Positions 18,301 to 26,405 are shown, counted from the first letter of the stretch. The stretch is 64,000 nt of DNA from an archaeon (GCA_043810775.1 JBDRNU010000025.1:59153-123152), one strand, 5' to 3'. Made by a program: numbers and translations. The notes: generated from the letters alone by a model not told the origin.

Positions 18301-20307
18301 ATCTTTTTTGCATAATAAATAGTTATTATTTATAGAAATCATAGCCACATCATTTCCTAGACAAGAATCTTCTAAAGTGAGTTTCTTTCTTTCCAATAAC
18401 TTATAAAATTGATCAAGTGGCAGAGATAACAATTTTTCGTAAGATATTTTATTCGCTGATGCAATTTTTTTAAAAACAGGTTTTAAATTGTATACTGCTT
18501 TGTTAGTCACTTCATTATTAAGAATTCTTCCTACTGAAAAGATGTTTAGGATTTTAATTAATTCATTTAATTTTTTATCTTTAAAATTATGTTTTTCAAA
18601 TCCTCTTTTTTCATTATCTGCTCTCTTAATCTGTTCTAGAATATCTTGTTTAGTGTAACCTTCTCCAGATAGAAAGTATTGGTTTAAATAACTGTATTCT
18701 TCAATCACTTTATCTATATCTTTTGAACTAAATTTTCCTTTTTCTCTTAATCTTGCTATTTCAGTCTCAAGTTTAAATGCATCTGATTCTTCATCTTTAT
18801 CTAATAATTCTGGCACTGTAATTTGTTTTATTTTTAGTTCATCAAATCTTTTCAATATTGATTCTTCAAGATAATTACTCATATCCCTTAATATTTCAAA
18901 TACAACAAGAATTGTTAATACTTTCTCTAGGATATTTGATACTGATTTTTCATTATAGTTTTTCTTTTTAGATATTTCCCCTATTTCTTTCTCAAGTTCT
19001 TTTCTGAATTTCTCTTGATTTTTATTAAAATTATAAATAAAACTAAAGTCTCCTGAATCTATTCTTCCAACTACTTTTTTTTCAATTATTTCAAGTTCTT
19101 TTTCTGCGACGTAAACATCATAACCTGCTGATAAATATTTAATAGGAGGAATATCTTGAATTCCATATTTTTTTAAATAAAATCTAGATTGTGAACTATT
19201 GAATATATCAAACATTAATCTTGGAACTCTCCAACTACCTACTTTTTTCCAATTATCTTTTTTGTATTTATCAATAAATTCTTTGTATGAAATTTGTTCA
19301 CTTTCTTTAAATGGAGTTTCAGAATAAGTCACTTCATCTTTTTTTTTAGGCTCTTCCTCTTCTAAGGAAGTTAGAGTAGTAATTGGGCGAGATTGAGTTA
19401 TGTATAGCTTACCTTTTTCCATTGCCCATTCAACATCTACTGGGAATCCATAATGGTTTTCTATCTTAGCTATTAGTTTTGAAAGTTCAATTATTTCTTT
19501 ATCTGTTAAAATCTGTTTGTTTCCTTCTTCTCCTAGCTCTCGCCACTCATTTCCCCCACCCTTTACTCTGAATAAACCTCTTGATTGTTCTGAGATATTT
19601 TTATCAATAATATGCCAGTCCTGCTTGTCTATAACATAGCTATCTGGAGTTATCTGGCCTGAGACTATTGCTTCTCCTAAGCCTAGACCTGCTTCAATTA
19701 TTAGCTGGTTTCTGTCTTGAGTTACAGGATGAACTGAGAATGCTATTCCAGATTCTTCACTAGCAACCATTTTTTGAACTACTACTGCTACTGATATTTT
19801 TTGATTGTGGAGTTTTTGCTCAAATCTATAGAATATTGCTCTTGGAGTGAAAAGTGAGGCCCAGCATTTTTTTACGTTTTCAAGCAAGCTGGATTTTGTA
19901 GTGTTTAGATAAGATTCAAGCTGGCCTGCCCAGGCTGCTGAAGCTGAATCTTCTGCAGTTGCGCTGGAACGGACTGCTACATATTCTGCACCTAGTTTTT
20001 TAAATTCTACTAGAATCTCGGTTTCAATATCTTTAGGCATTTCTGCATTAAGAATTAGAGCTTTTATTGTTTCTGAAGCTTCTTCTGATGTATGCACTTC
20101 TTCTGTATTGACAGTGTCCATGGCTGCGTCAATTTCTGTTATGAGATCCGCTTCTTCAATGAATTTTTCAAAAGCATCTGATAATATAACAAATCCTTCT
20201 GGAACAGGAATTCCTGCCTGAGTCATTTCACCTAAACTAGCTCCCTTACCACCAGCTATATTTGCATCATTTTTACTAATTTTGGAAAAATTGAGTGTAA
20301 ATTGCAT
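15304..20307 (-). CDS. PPDK_N ATP-grasp domain + three [variable domain + phospho-His swivel] modules + partial fourth swivel; rifampin phosphotransferase-like architecture
   Basis: GGKGASLGEM, VAVRSSATAED, GLGEAIVSG, DVEWA, QSRPIT (about 19372-20307); His motifs at 18061, 16624, 15574 and 15448; no C-terminal PEP/pyruvate TIM barrel. Confidence 0.9.
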   Translation of the reverse strand: MQFTLNFSKISKNDANIAGGKGASLGEMTQAGIPVPEGFVILSDAFEKFIEEADLITEIDAAMDTVNTEEVHTSEEASETIKALILNAEMPKDIETEILVEFKKLGAEYVAVRSSATAEDSASAAWAGQLESYLNTTKSSLLENVKKCWASLFTPRAIFYRFEQKLHNQKISVAVVVQKMVASEESGIAFSVHPVTQDRNQLIIEAGLGLGEAIVSGQITPDSYVIDKQDWHIIDKNISEQSRGLFRVKGGGNEWRELGEEGNKQILTDKEIIELSKLIAKIENHYGFPVDVEWAMEKGKLYITQSRPITTLTSLEEEEPKKKDEVTYSETPFKESEQISYKEFIDKYKKDNWKKVGSWRVPRLMFDIFNSSQSRFYLKKYGIQDIPPIKYLSAGYDVYVAEKELEIIEKKVVGRIDSGDFSFIYNFNKNQEKFRKELEKEIGEISKKKNYNEKSVSNILEKVLTILVVFEILRDMSNYLEESILKRFDELKIKQITVPELLDKDEESDAFKLETEIARLREKGKFSSKDIDKVIEEYSYLNQYFLSGEGYTKQDILEQIKRADNEKRGFEKHNFKDKKLNELIKILNIFSVGRILNNEVTNKAVYNLKPVFKKIASANKISYEKLLSLPLDQFYKLLERKKLTLEDSCLGNDVAMISINNNYLLCKKDLDKLKKDYLDTILKETKDFTGTPTYKGVVKGNIKIVLGSHDFLKFKEGEILVCSMTDPNYVPLMKKAAAIITDMGGILCHAAIISRELKKPCIIGTNIATKVLKDGQEVEVDADKGIVKILNDQNPSSEIIEKILKEERITQQGSAYPVFFNAAVDSTDKMKDPLGYSYEKFMFKSEKDFGDMSYIKSDLERVGEIILNKLKKDEKYFQKTRIIYSNQFSKQYNKLKSKAKTDYSEKELLEVFKITFDLIGYGVGTGHVIEAFSLTQSHVLKHLLDKKIKDLKQLNEALNVLTMPEEESFNNRHDESLLKAFKSKDKNKQKKLLEKHLEKFEWIKSSYAGTDPLTIKELLEQKDSIKLLPKDHFIKIRVAKKQIIKKYNIDRKTQNLANLLSFCTLWQDERKENIMKAVCEHDKVLHKIAEKYKIPVKKLYYLMPREIESKKFLDKEFQKEIKNREEMFIWIMNPSLPNNIIIFSGDKAKEIYEKISDQEKIIESTTISGTCASTGQAIGEVSICKTLEDIKNFEQGKILVTGMTRPEYLPAMKRASAIVTDEGGMTCHAAIVSRELGIPCIIGTKVGTKILKDRDLVEVKANHAQVIILEKSQHRHDKKTTLLEFDKSLDYDRHQRDYSILGTTCVFKGLFNENKEFFGVGSSPCYITMRDDILYHYTSKEDGRKRSKSLIQRNTLEDFRKIKKQYDKKLTEFNKFYKDSYKNPEKAAVKLYKTFVDFTNVILSGYEVPMYYGEDIPKEINDIALEIRRAYEDVHKRSFIIEEKILTKLEKKYNTKKGSLKYLTIDEFEEFLKTKKIPDIEKRKKFCIIKYTSKGQEIFYKESLWDELNEKKENQEIKGVSAYKGKAIGRVRIIRKIEDAKKIEKGDILVTSMTDPRYVPAMKLAGGIVTDEGGITCHAAIVARELKKPTIIGTKIATEFLQEGKRVEVDADEGIVRSCHAAIVAEKLKKPTIVGTVNATDILGEGEVVEVDADIGVVKVLSKKKAK

Positions 20308-20347
20308 ATAGGAATAATGAAAAAAGGCATTAAATAGCTTTCGTTAA

Positions 20348-20426
20348 ATGAATGCTCCTGCCAGCTCGCTTTCCCACTCGTTATTTAATTAATAAGATTG
20401 CCTCGTGAAAAAGCTCGGGATTCGAA
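20348..20426 (-). repeat. Duplicated tRNA-Glu 3' end interrupted by a 54-nt insert (att-like remnant)
   Basis: 20348-20362 = 20495-20509 (15/15); 20417-20426 = 20510-20519 (10/10). Confidence 0.7.
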
Positions 20427-20499
20427 ACCATCACTTTCAAAATACTCTCCCCAAAACCAGTAAGGGTCATATAGGATTTCGCAAGCTTAATCCTATGAA

Positions 20500-20572
20500 T
20501 GCTCCTGCCGGGATTCGAACCCGGATTTCAAGCGCGAGAGGCTCGCGTCCTTAGCCGTTAGACTACAGGAGC
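20500..20572 (-). tRNA. tRNA-Glu(CTC)
   Basis: GCTCCTG/CAGGAGC acceptor stem, CGAGC-ct-CTC-gc-GCTTG anticodon arm, GGTTCGAATCC T-arm. Confidence 0.95.
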
Positions 20573-20604
20573 TTTCTAAAATATAGAAAAAATGGTTTTT
20601 AAAA

Positions 20605-20859
20605 TTATGCTACTAAAAATACTTTGTCATTTGGGCGCACTTTATCAGGGACTTTTATTCCAATGTGGTCTCCTTTTTTTGCTTTTTGCACGTCTTTTCT
20701 TTCAATTTGCATGCTGTCTACTCCAATTTCAAAGTCAGTTGTATTTCCCTTGATATGGACTTTATCCCCTACTTTTAAGCCCGCCTTAAGCTTTATTGCA
20801 GCTACGCCTACATGACTAAAGTATGTTGAAATTTCTCCAATTTCTTTTTCTTTTGCCAT
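20605..20859 (-). CDS. Small translation elongation factor-like (EF-Tu domain II / U32 C-terminal-like) beta-barrel protein
   Basis: IGEISTYFSHVGVAAIKL..LKVGD..HIKGNTTDF..VDSMQIE..AKKGD.IGIKV..VRPND.VF. Confidence 0.75.
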   Translation of the reverse strand: MAKEKEIGEISTYFSHVGVAAIKLKAGLKVGDKVHIKGNTTDFEIGVDSMQIERKDVQKAKKGDHIGIKVPDKVRPNDKVFLVA

Positions 20860-20985
20860 ATTTTATTAAAGAATAAGGTATATTTAAGCTTAGCGTACTA
20901 AGAAGTTTATTATTTCTTTAATTTATGTTACTAAGAAGTAGTTACAATTAGGAAGGTTTATATACTCTTAAAACTGCTAAATTTT

Positions 20986-22029
20986 ATGGTAAATATAGAG
21001 GATATAAAGGATGTTTTAAGAGGGGAATTAGGCGAAGATATAGAGATAACTGGATTTCAAAAAATAGGAGAAGGATATCATTCAGACGGATTTAAAATTT
21101 CTACAAATAAAGGAGAATTTTTTCTTAAAAAAGTAAAATCAGAAGACCTTGGTTTTGAGCTTCCAGAAAGAAAGATTTACTCTTTATTAGTAAGTGATGG
21201 AATGCAAAAAAGAGCAAAATCTAGTCCCAAGGCTGTAGGAGTTTTTATTTCTAATAATGGAAAAATTTCAAAGATTCCTAGAATAGACAATCAAACAGAA
21301 ATTTTTCATATTCAAGAATTTGGCGGGAATGGAAAAAACTATTGGGATATTTTACAAGAAAAAAAATACAAAAAACAAATAGATAAAAAAGATATTGAAG
21401 AAATTGAAAAACTTACTGATTTTATTAGTAAAATACATTTAATAAAATACCCTTCTAATGATAAAAAAAAGCTTAATGCAGTTTATAATGACTGTTTAAG
21501 AAATACCATAATCAATCCTGAATTAACTATGGTCTTACTGCAAGATTTTCCAAATGATCATGTTGTTTTTCCTCTTGAAGCTCAGAAAAAATATCTTGCT
21601 TTAATGTATGATTTAATTACCAGATTTAAAGACAGATCAGAAAGGTTGAATGCTCTTCATGGGGATTTTTGGGGGAGTAACTGTATTTTTAATGAGCAGG
21701 GAGAGTTATGGGTAATTGATTATTCTAGAATGCCTTGGGGAGATCCGGGAATTGATATTGGATGGTTTATTTGCCAGTATTTATGGCTTTATCATGAAAC
21801 TAAGAATGATTATTTTAAAGAGTTGGGAGAATTATTTTTAAAAAAGTATGAAGAAAAAACAGAAGATAAGCAAATAAGAGAAGGAATAAGCTTAATAGTT
21901 GGTTTTCAGGGAATTGTTTATCTTTTTCCTAAATTTTATCCAGATAGAGATAAAAAAACAAGTGAAAGATTTTTGCAAAATATAATTGATATCATGAAAG
22001 AGGGGAGGTTCAAATGGAATCAAATTTAA
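20986..22029 (+). CDS. Aminoglycoside phosphotransferase/choline kinase-like (APH) kinase
   Basis: IGEGYHS, FLKK, LHGDFWGSN, VIDYS, GDPGIDIG. Confidence 0.85.
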   Translation: MVNIEDIKDVLRGELGEDIEITGFQKIGEGYHSDGFKISTNKGEFFLKKVKSEDLGFELPERKIYSLLVSDGMQKRAKSSPKAVGVFISNNGKISKIPRIDNQTEIFHIQEFGGNGKNYWDILQEKKYKKQIDKKDIEEIEKLTDFISKIHLIKYPSNDKKKLNAVYNDCLRNTIINPELTMVLLQDFPNDHVVFPLEAQKKYLALMYDLITRFKDRSERLNALHGDFWGSNCIFNEQGELWVIDYSRMPWGDPGIDIGWFICQYLWLYHETKNDYFKELGELFLKKYEEKTEDKQIREGISLIVGFQGIVYLFPKFYPDRDKKTSERFLQNIIDIMKEGRFKWNQI

Positions 22030-22715
22030 AGTTAGAAGAGGCTGATGGTGTTTTAGTTAGGCATGGGGAGGCTAAATATGAGCAGGGAATTGTAAGTAGC
22101 TTAGGATTAGCTTATGACTTGACTTTTAATGGTTCTATAAAAGTGATGTTAGAGGCATATAACTTTTATAAAAGATTAGGAGAAGCAAAAAAGCCCTTTA
22201 AAGTATTTTATTCAGATTATGGGAGGACTGCAGAAACTGCCAGAATATGGAGAGACACTGCCAGAATTGAAGGTAAAGTACCTATTGGAGAAATGTTTTC
22301 TAGAAAAGGATTAAGAGAGGTTGAGAATTTTGATTTAGCTTTGACTTTAGCTTTGGTTAATGGAGGGGAATATGTCTTAAATGGAAAGAAGGTTATGATT
22401 AATAAGGAAAAAACTAATCCTTTTGATTTAGATATTGGAGATTTTTGGATTTCTGGAGCTTATTTAAGACTTCCAGATGACTTGCCTGAAGCAATTATTG
22501 GGAAGATGAGAATTTTGGAAAGTTATGAAGCAGTTAATACTAGATTTAATAGAGAGATTCAAGAATTAAGAGGACTATCTAAAGATTCAAGAGTTATTGT
22601 AGTAACTCATTTAGGTTTAATTGATAAATTAGCAAAAAAAGCAGGAATTTCTGAAACTTTGGGCTCTGGAGATTATTTACCATTTAAATGGGGAGAAAGG
22701 GATTTAATTGTTTAA
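22014..22715 (+). CDS. Histidine phosphatase superfamily protein
   Basis: LVRHGE, YSDYGRTAETA, GLREV, ESY..V..R, IVVTHLG. Confidence 0.8.
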   Translation: MESNLKLEEADGVLVRHGEAKYEQGIVSSLGLAYDLTFNGSIKVMLEAYNFYKRLGEAKKPFKVFYSDYGRTAETARIWRDTARIEGKVPIGEMFSRKGLREVENFDLALTLALVNGGEYVLNGKKVMINKEKTNPFDLDIGDFWISGAYLRLPDDLPEAIIGKMRILESYEAVNTRFNREIQELRGLSKDSRVIVVTHLGLIDKLAKKAGISETLGSGDYLPFKWGERDLIV

Positions 22716-22716
22716 G

Positions 22717-22847
22717 AATAGCCCTGCAAGGCACTCAACAATTTTCTGATAAAATTCTTGGTGATTTTAACTCTTACGAATTAAAGTATTCGAACCTGGG
22801 AATCCAGGTTTAATGATGCCTACGGCATCATAAATAGCCCCGCCAGG
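22717..22847 (-). repeat. Two degenerate copies of the tRNA-Gln 3' end with hairpins (att-like remnants)
   Basis: 22717-22731 vs 26404-26418 (12/15); 22788-22800 = 26419-26431 (13/13); 22830-22847 vs 26401-26418 (17/18). Confidence 0.7.
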
Positions 22848-22977
22848 GTCCTGTACCATCGTGACCATTTCTTGGGATGTTATTTATCAATGTTTCGGCA
22901 GTATGATGTCTTGAATCTGGCTTTATTTATAAATCTTGTCGAGAAGGAGTATATGGATAGATTTATTTCTTAGGATA

Positions 22978-23733
22978 TTAATGCCAAATTTTGTTGAAAA
23001 ACTCTCTGAACATTTTTGAAATTTGTTCTGATACTATTAAATAACCTACTGGCTTTTCCTCCCACGAAAAGATTGCCACTTTGTTATTATGTACACTTAT
23101 ATTTGAAGGTATTGGGTAATCAGTAAATTTCATCTTAAGATGCTTTCTATCTTTAAATAGTCCTTTAAGCTCTTTTGGCGCTAACCCCTTTACAATTAGT
23201 CCCTTAGCTTTTCTTTTTGAATCATACATTTGAAAAAAATCTTGGATTTCTTTATTTTTCTCATTTACATTTACAGTGAAGAATATGTACTCATCATTTT
23301 TTTTAGTATCTTCTATGAGGAGATTTAAAAGAGCCATTATTCCTTTTGTTCCTTCAAATATTTCTGCTTCCTGCTTTTCTTTTGAAGTTCTTTGCTTAGA
23401 TTCAAGCTCTGGTAGGATGTTAATTAATCTCTGTTTTTTGTCATCTAAGAAGGATACAAGCTGTTTTGGTGAAATTGCTTCATAATATTTGATTTTTCCT
23501 TTTTTTACATATGAAACAAGACCTTTTTCAATTAGTGAATTCAATGAATTATGTACAGCAGAACTTGCCATGCTTGATTTTTCAATTAAGGCTCCTACTT
23601 TACATTCCCCAATACTTAGCAAGGAAAGATAAACTTTTACTTCTCCTTTACTTAAACCTAATTCTTCAAGTATTGATGTATTCATGGACTGCATAATATT
23701 AAAGTGTTTATAAATCTTACTATAACTCTCCAA
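22978..23733 (-). CDS. TrmB family transcriptional regulator
   Basis: LEELGLSKGEVKVYLSLL..LIEKGLVSY..YYEAISP; C-terminal AEIFEG..NKVAIFSW. Confidence 0.85.
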   Translation of the reverse strand: MESYSKIYKHFNIMQSMNTSILEELGLSKGEVKVYLSLLSIGECKVGALIEKSSMASSAVHNSLNSLIEKGLVSYVKKGKIKYYEAISPKQLVSFLDDKKQRLINILPELESKQRTSKEKQEAEIFEGTKGIMALLNLLIEDTKKNDEYIFFTVNVNEKNKEIQDFFQMYDSKRKAKGLIVKGLAPKELKGLFKDRKHLKMKFTDYPIPSNISVHNNKVAIFSWEEKPVGYLIVSEQISKMFREFFNKIWH

Positions 23734-23767
23734 TTTTAGAGAGTTATCAATTAAATATAGAATTTTC

Positions 23768-24181
23768 TTGAGTTTATTAACTAAATATTATGGAGGAAAT
23801 AAAATGAAAGATGGATGGACAGAACGTGTAAGAAAAGAAGCTCTGAGAAACAGAGATAGTCTAGAAAGGACTTTTGAAGATGGCACCAAGAAATATACCT
23901 TTAGCTTTGCTGATATAGATGCCCATTCTTATGGACCATGCATGCCTGATTATAACTTAGTTGCAGATATAAAGATAGCAGATGAAGCTACATGTAAAAT
24001 TGAGCGTTTATGGAATCAAGCTCTTGGAAGTGGAGTTAAGCCACAAGCAAGAGAGTCAGTTCCATTTGGGCAGGAGTATTTTGATGGTGTAAAGCCAATC
24101 TTATCCAAAATTGTTGAAAGGGAGCTTAGAAGGAACAATGAAGAGTTAGTTGAAGCTATTGAGAGAATTAGACGAATCTAG
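23768..24181 (+). CDS. Hypothetical protein
   Basis: ORF divergent from TrmB; GGAGG SD before ATG 23804 (likely true start). Confidence 0.55.
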   Translation: MSLLTKYYGGNKMKDGWTERVRKEALRNRDSLERTFEDGTKKYTFSFADIDAHSYGPCMPDYNLVADIKIADEATCKIERLWNQALGSGVKPQARESVPFGQEYFDGVKPILSKIVERELRRNNEELVEAIERIRRI

Positions 24182-24635
24182 AAATAAATTTAATCTCTTT
24201 TCAAAAATGAAAGACAAAATAAAGAAAATAGCAGAAAAAGCTAAAGAATTGCTTTATTGGGATTTATTTTATACAATAGGATACAGCAGTTCAGCTGGAC
24301 TAGCAAATGGATTAGCTAATTCAAGGGGGGATGAAGATTTTAGTGAAGGATTTGGTCAAGCCTACTGTAACAATTTCCCATTAGGAATTGCCATGAATCT
24401 GGCTTATCCATTAGTATTTAATCAGCTTAAAAAAACAAAGCATTATAGATTATATTCTAATTTATTTACGATAGCTGTAAATACTGGATTTTTAGCTTGG
24501 CACCATTATGCTGGAACAGAGCATCCTATTGAAGCAATGGGTCTTAATACTGCTATTGGACTAGCTATGGCTAATAGAAATGTTTCTGAAACTAAGAATC
24601 TTGAAACTGAAGTTGTTGAAGATTTCAGAGATTAA
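24150..24635 (+). CDS. Hypothetical protein, probably membrane-associated
   Basis: Small-residue/hydrophobic helices; likely start ATG at about 24207. Confidence 0.55.
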   Translation: MKLLRELDESRNKFNLFSKMKDKIKKIAEKAKELLYWDLFYTIGYSSSAGLANGLANSRGDEDFSEGFGQAYCNNFPLGIAMNLAYPLVFNQLKKTKHYRLYSNLFTIAVNTGFLAWHHYAGTEHPIEAMGLNTAIGLAMANRNVSETKNLETEVVEDFRD

Positions 24636-24686
24636 TTTTCCTTATACATCCACATCAGCAACTCCGCCGCCCAAATCCCCTCAAAT

Positions 24687-24712
24687 AACAATTTTGTAAG
24701 AAAAATTAAGAT
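24687..24712. repeat. 26-bp direct repeat, copy 1
   Basis: AACAATTTTGTAAGAAAAATTAAGAT identical to 25795-25820. Confidence 0.8.
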
Positions 24713-25185
24713 GACATAATCTCTATTTGTTTTCTGATATTCAAAATATCCTTTTCATTAATCATTGATAAAACATCTTTGGATTTATTTAAGAAACTTT
24801 GTGCTTTGGAAAAAATAAACTCCATATCTTCTTTTGCAATAATTTTATCAACATAATACTGAGAGGTGTTTCTTATATCAAAAGCCTTACTTATAATTTT
24901 GTAATCTTCCTTTGAATAAAATTCCATTAAGAGCTTCTTCATAATTTCAAGAGTGCATGCATGAATTTCACACTTAATTCCTATCTTCATCAAAACTGAA
25001 TAAAGCGAATAATACATAGAATAATAACAGGCAGATATTGCAAATTGGTTGTTTAATGTTTTTTCACGATTCATAGTCCCAATCGCATTTTCAGCCATCT
25101 GAATATATCCTTTAGAAAGATTGTGATTTGACTCAATTAGCTTAATTCCCTCTTTCTTATTACAACACCATTTTAAACTTACCAT
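24706..25185 (-). CDS. HEPN domain protein (HEPN-MNT toxin-antitoxin)
   Basis: AISACYYSMYY..IGIKCEIHACT..RNTSQYY; paired with MNT. Confidence 0.8.
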   Translation of the reverse strand: MVSLKWCCNKKEGIKLIESNHNLSKGYIQMAENAIGTMNREKTLNNQFAISACYYSMYYSLYSVLMKIGIKCEIHACTLEIMKKLLMEFYSKEDYKIISKAFDIRNTSQYYVDKIIAKEDMEFIFSKAQSFLNKSKDVLSMINEKDILNIRKQIEIMSS

Positions 25186-25736
25186 ATTAAATCAATAAAT
25201 TCTTCAACTCCTTTTAAGACTATATGATTTTTCATGACTTCTTTTATAAAAATGTCTTCTTTATTAAATTTATCCTTACCTGATTTAACGAGATTTATTT
25301 TTATTCCATATTTTTCATCTAAATCCTCTAATTCTTTAATTTTTCCTATTAAAAAAACATCTAAATCTGATTTTTCATTGCTTGTAAAATTAGCATAACT
25401 TCCGAAAATAACAAGCATTCCAGAAGCTCTTTTTTCAAGTTCAATAAGCAATTCTTTAATCTTTGCATATCTTTTAATAAAATCATTTTTTCTTCCAATT
25501 TCTATAATTTTAAGTATATCTTGAATTTGTGGATCTAGTCTATTTAGAAAATAGTATTTATTTTTCCCCTCTGTAGAATATTTAAGGATATTCTGTTTTT
25601 CAAGAGAATTAAGTATATTTGAAACAGTTTTCTGGTTCATTTTTAGCTTTTTTGCAACTTGTCCACCATAAATCCTTTTAGAATAATCAGAGCTAAATTC
25701 TGCTAATATTTTGAATGCATTATCATTAAGTAACAT
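25179..25736 (-). CDS. HTH + minimal nucleotidyltransferase (MNT) antitoxin
   Basis: Winged HTH N-term; IFGSYA..SDLDVF. Confidence 0.85.
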   Translation of the reverse strand: MLLNDNAFKILAEFSSDYSKRIYGGQVAKKLKMNQKTVSNILNSLEKQNILKYSTEGKNKYYFLNRLDPQIQDILKIIEIGRKNDFIKRYAKIKELLIELEKRASGMLVIFGSYANFTSNEKSDLDVFLIGKIKELEDLDEKYGIKINLVKSGKDKFNKEDIFIKEVMKNHIVLKGVEEFIDLIW

Positions 25737-25794
25737 ATTACTTATGTAAGTAATAAGGTATTTAAATCTTCCTGTTTTCTAAATTTTTGCAAAG

Positions 25795-25820
25795 AACAAT
25801 TTTGTAAGAAAAATTAAGAT
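25795..25820. repeat. 26-bp direct repeat, copy 2
   Basis: Identical to 24687-24712. Confidence 0.8.
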
Positions 25821-25830
25821 CTTTTTTCTT

Positions 25831-26085
25831 TTAATCATTATAAACTTTCTTTCTGTGATCAAACTTCAAAAGAATAAGTTCATCTTCTTTTAATGTATAA
25901 ATTAATCTAAATGGTTTAATATAAAGCGACCTTTCTCCTCTTTTATATTTTAGTGGCTTCCCAACTTCGGGATTTTCAATTATCTTTTGTATTTGTTTTT
26001 TAATTTTTTCAAGAAGAAAGGAATCCAATTTTTTAGTATTTTTAATAAATTTTGGAGATCTTGTAACTTTTTGAATAGTCACCAT
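25831..26085 (-). CDS. RelE/ParE family toxin
   Basis: IIENPEVGKPL..RSLYIKPFRLIY..FDHRKKVY. Confidence 0.85.
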   Translation of the reverse strand: MVTIQKVTRSPKFIKNTKKLDSFLLEKIKKQIQKIIENPEVGKPLKYKRGERSLYIKPFRLIYTLKEDELILLKFDHRKKVYND

Positions 26086-26330
26086 TTTTTCATTTCATCT
26101 AAAAAATCTTCAACCTTTTGAGTAGTACCCTTACCTTCATCAATGTCTTTCCATATTTTATCAAGCTCTTTCATTTCTTTCATCTCTTTTTCTGTAAGTC
26201 CTTCTACTTTTTTTAATATTATTAAATCATTTTGTTTTGAAACAATAAATGCTGTACCTTCTGCCAATCCTTTTCTTATTCCTTCTGGAATAACTACTTG
26301 TCCTTTTGTGCTTATTTTTGTTATTTCCAT
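26079..26330 (-). CDS. AbrB/MazE family antitoxin
   Basis: TKISTKGQVVIPEGIR. Confidence 0.85.
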   Translation of the reverse strand: MEITKISTKGQVVIPEGIRKGLAEGTAFIVSKQNDLIILKKVEGLTEKEMKEMKELDKIWKDIDEGKGTTQKVEDFLDEMKKW

Positions 26331-26405
26331 GTTGTAAGATAATCTTACTTATTTATAAATGTTTCTGTTTTAGAAAATACTCTGCGAAAATGCCATAATG
26401 ATAAA

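Larger units (their letters stand above)
22848..26400. mobile_element. Small genomic islet bounded by tRNA-Gln and its 3'-end copy (no integrase seen)
   Basis: Direct repeat of the tRNA 3' end at the borders; cargo is two TA modules, TrmB and two hypotheticals. Confidence 0.5.

Noticed and set aside
15304-20307. Calling the large gene ppsA/ppdK
   Set aside because: No C-terminal PEP/pyruvate-binding barrel, and the domain order matches RPH-like enzymes
20348-22847. Intron-containing or split tRNA genes
   Set aside because: No matching 5' halves are adjacent, intact tRNA-Glu and tRNA-Gln genes exist, and one copy is degenerate
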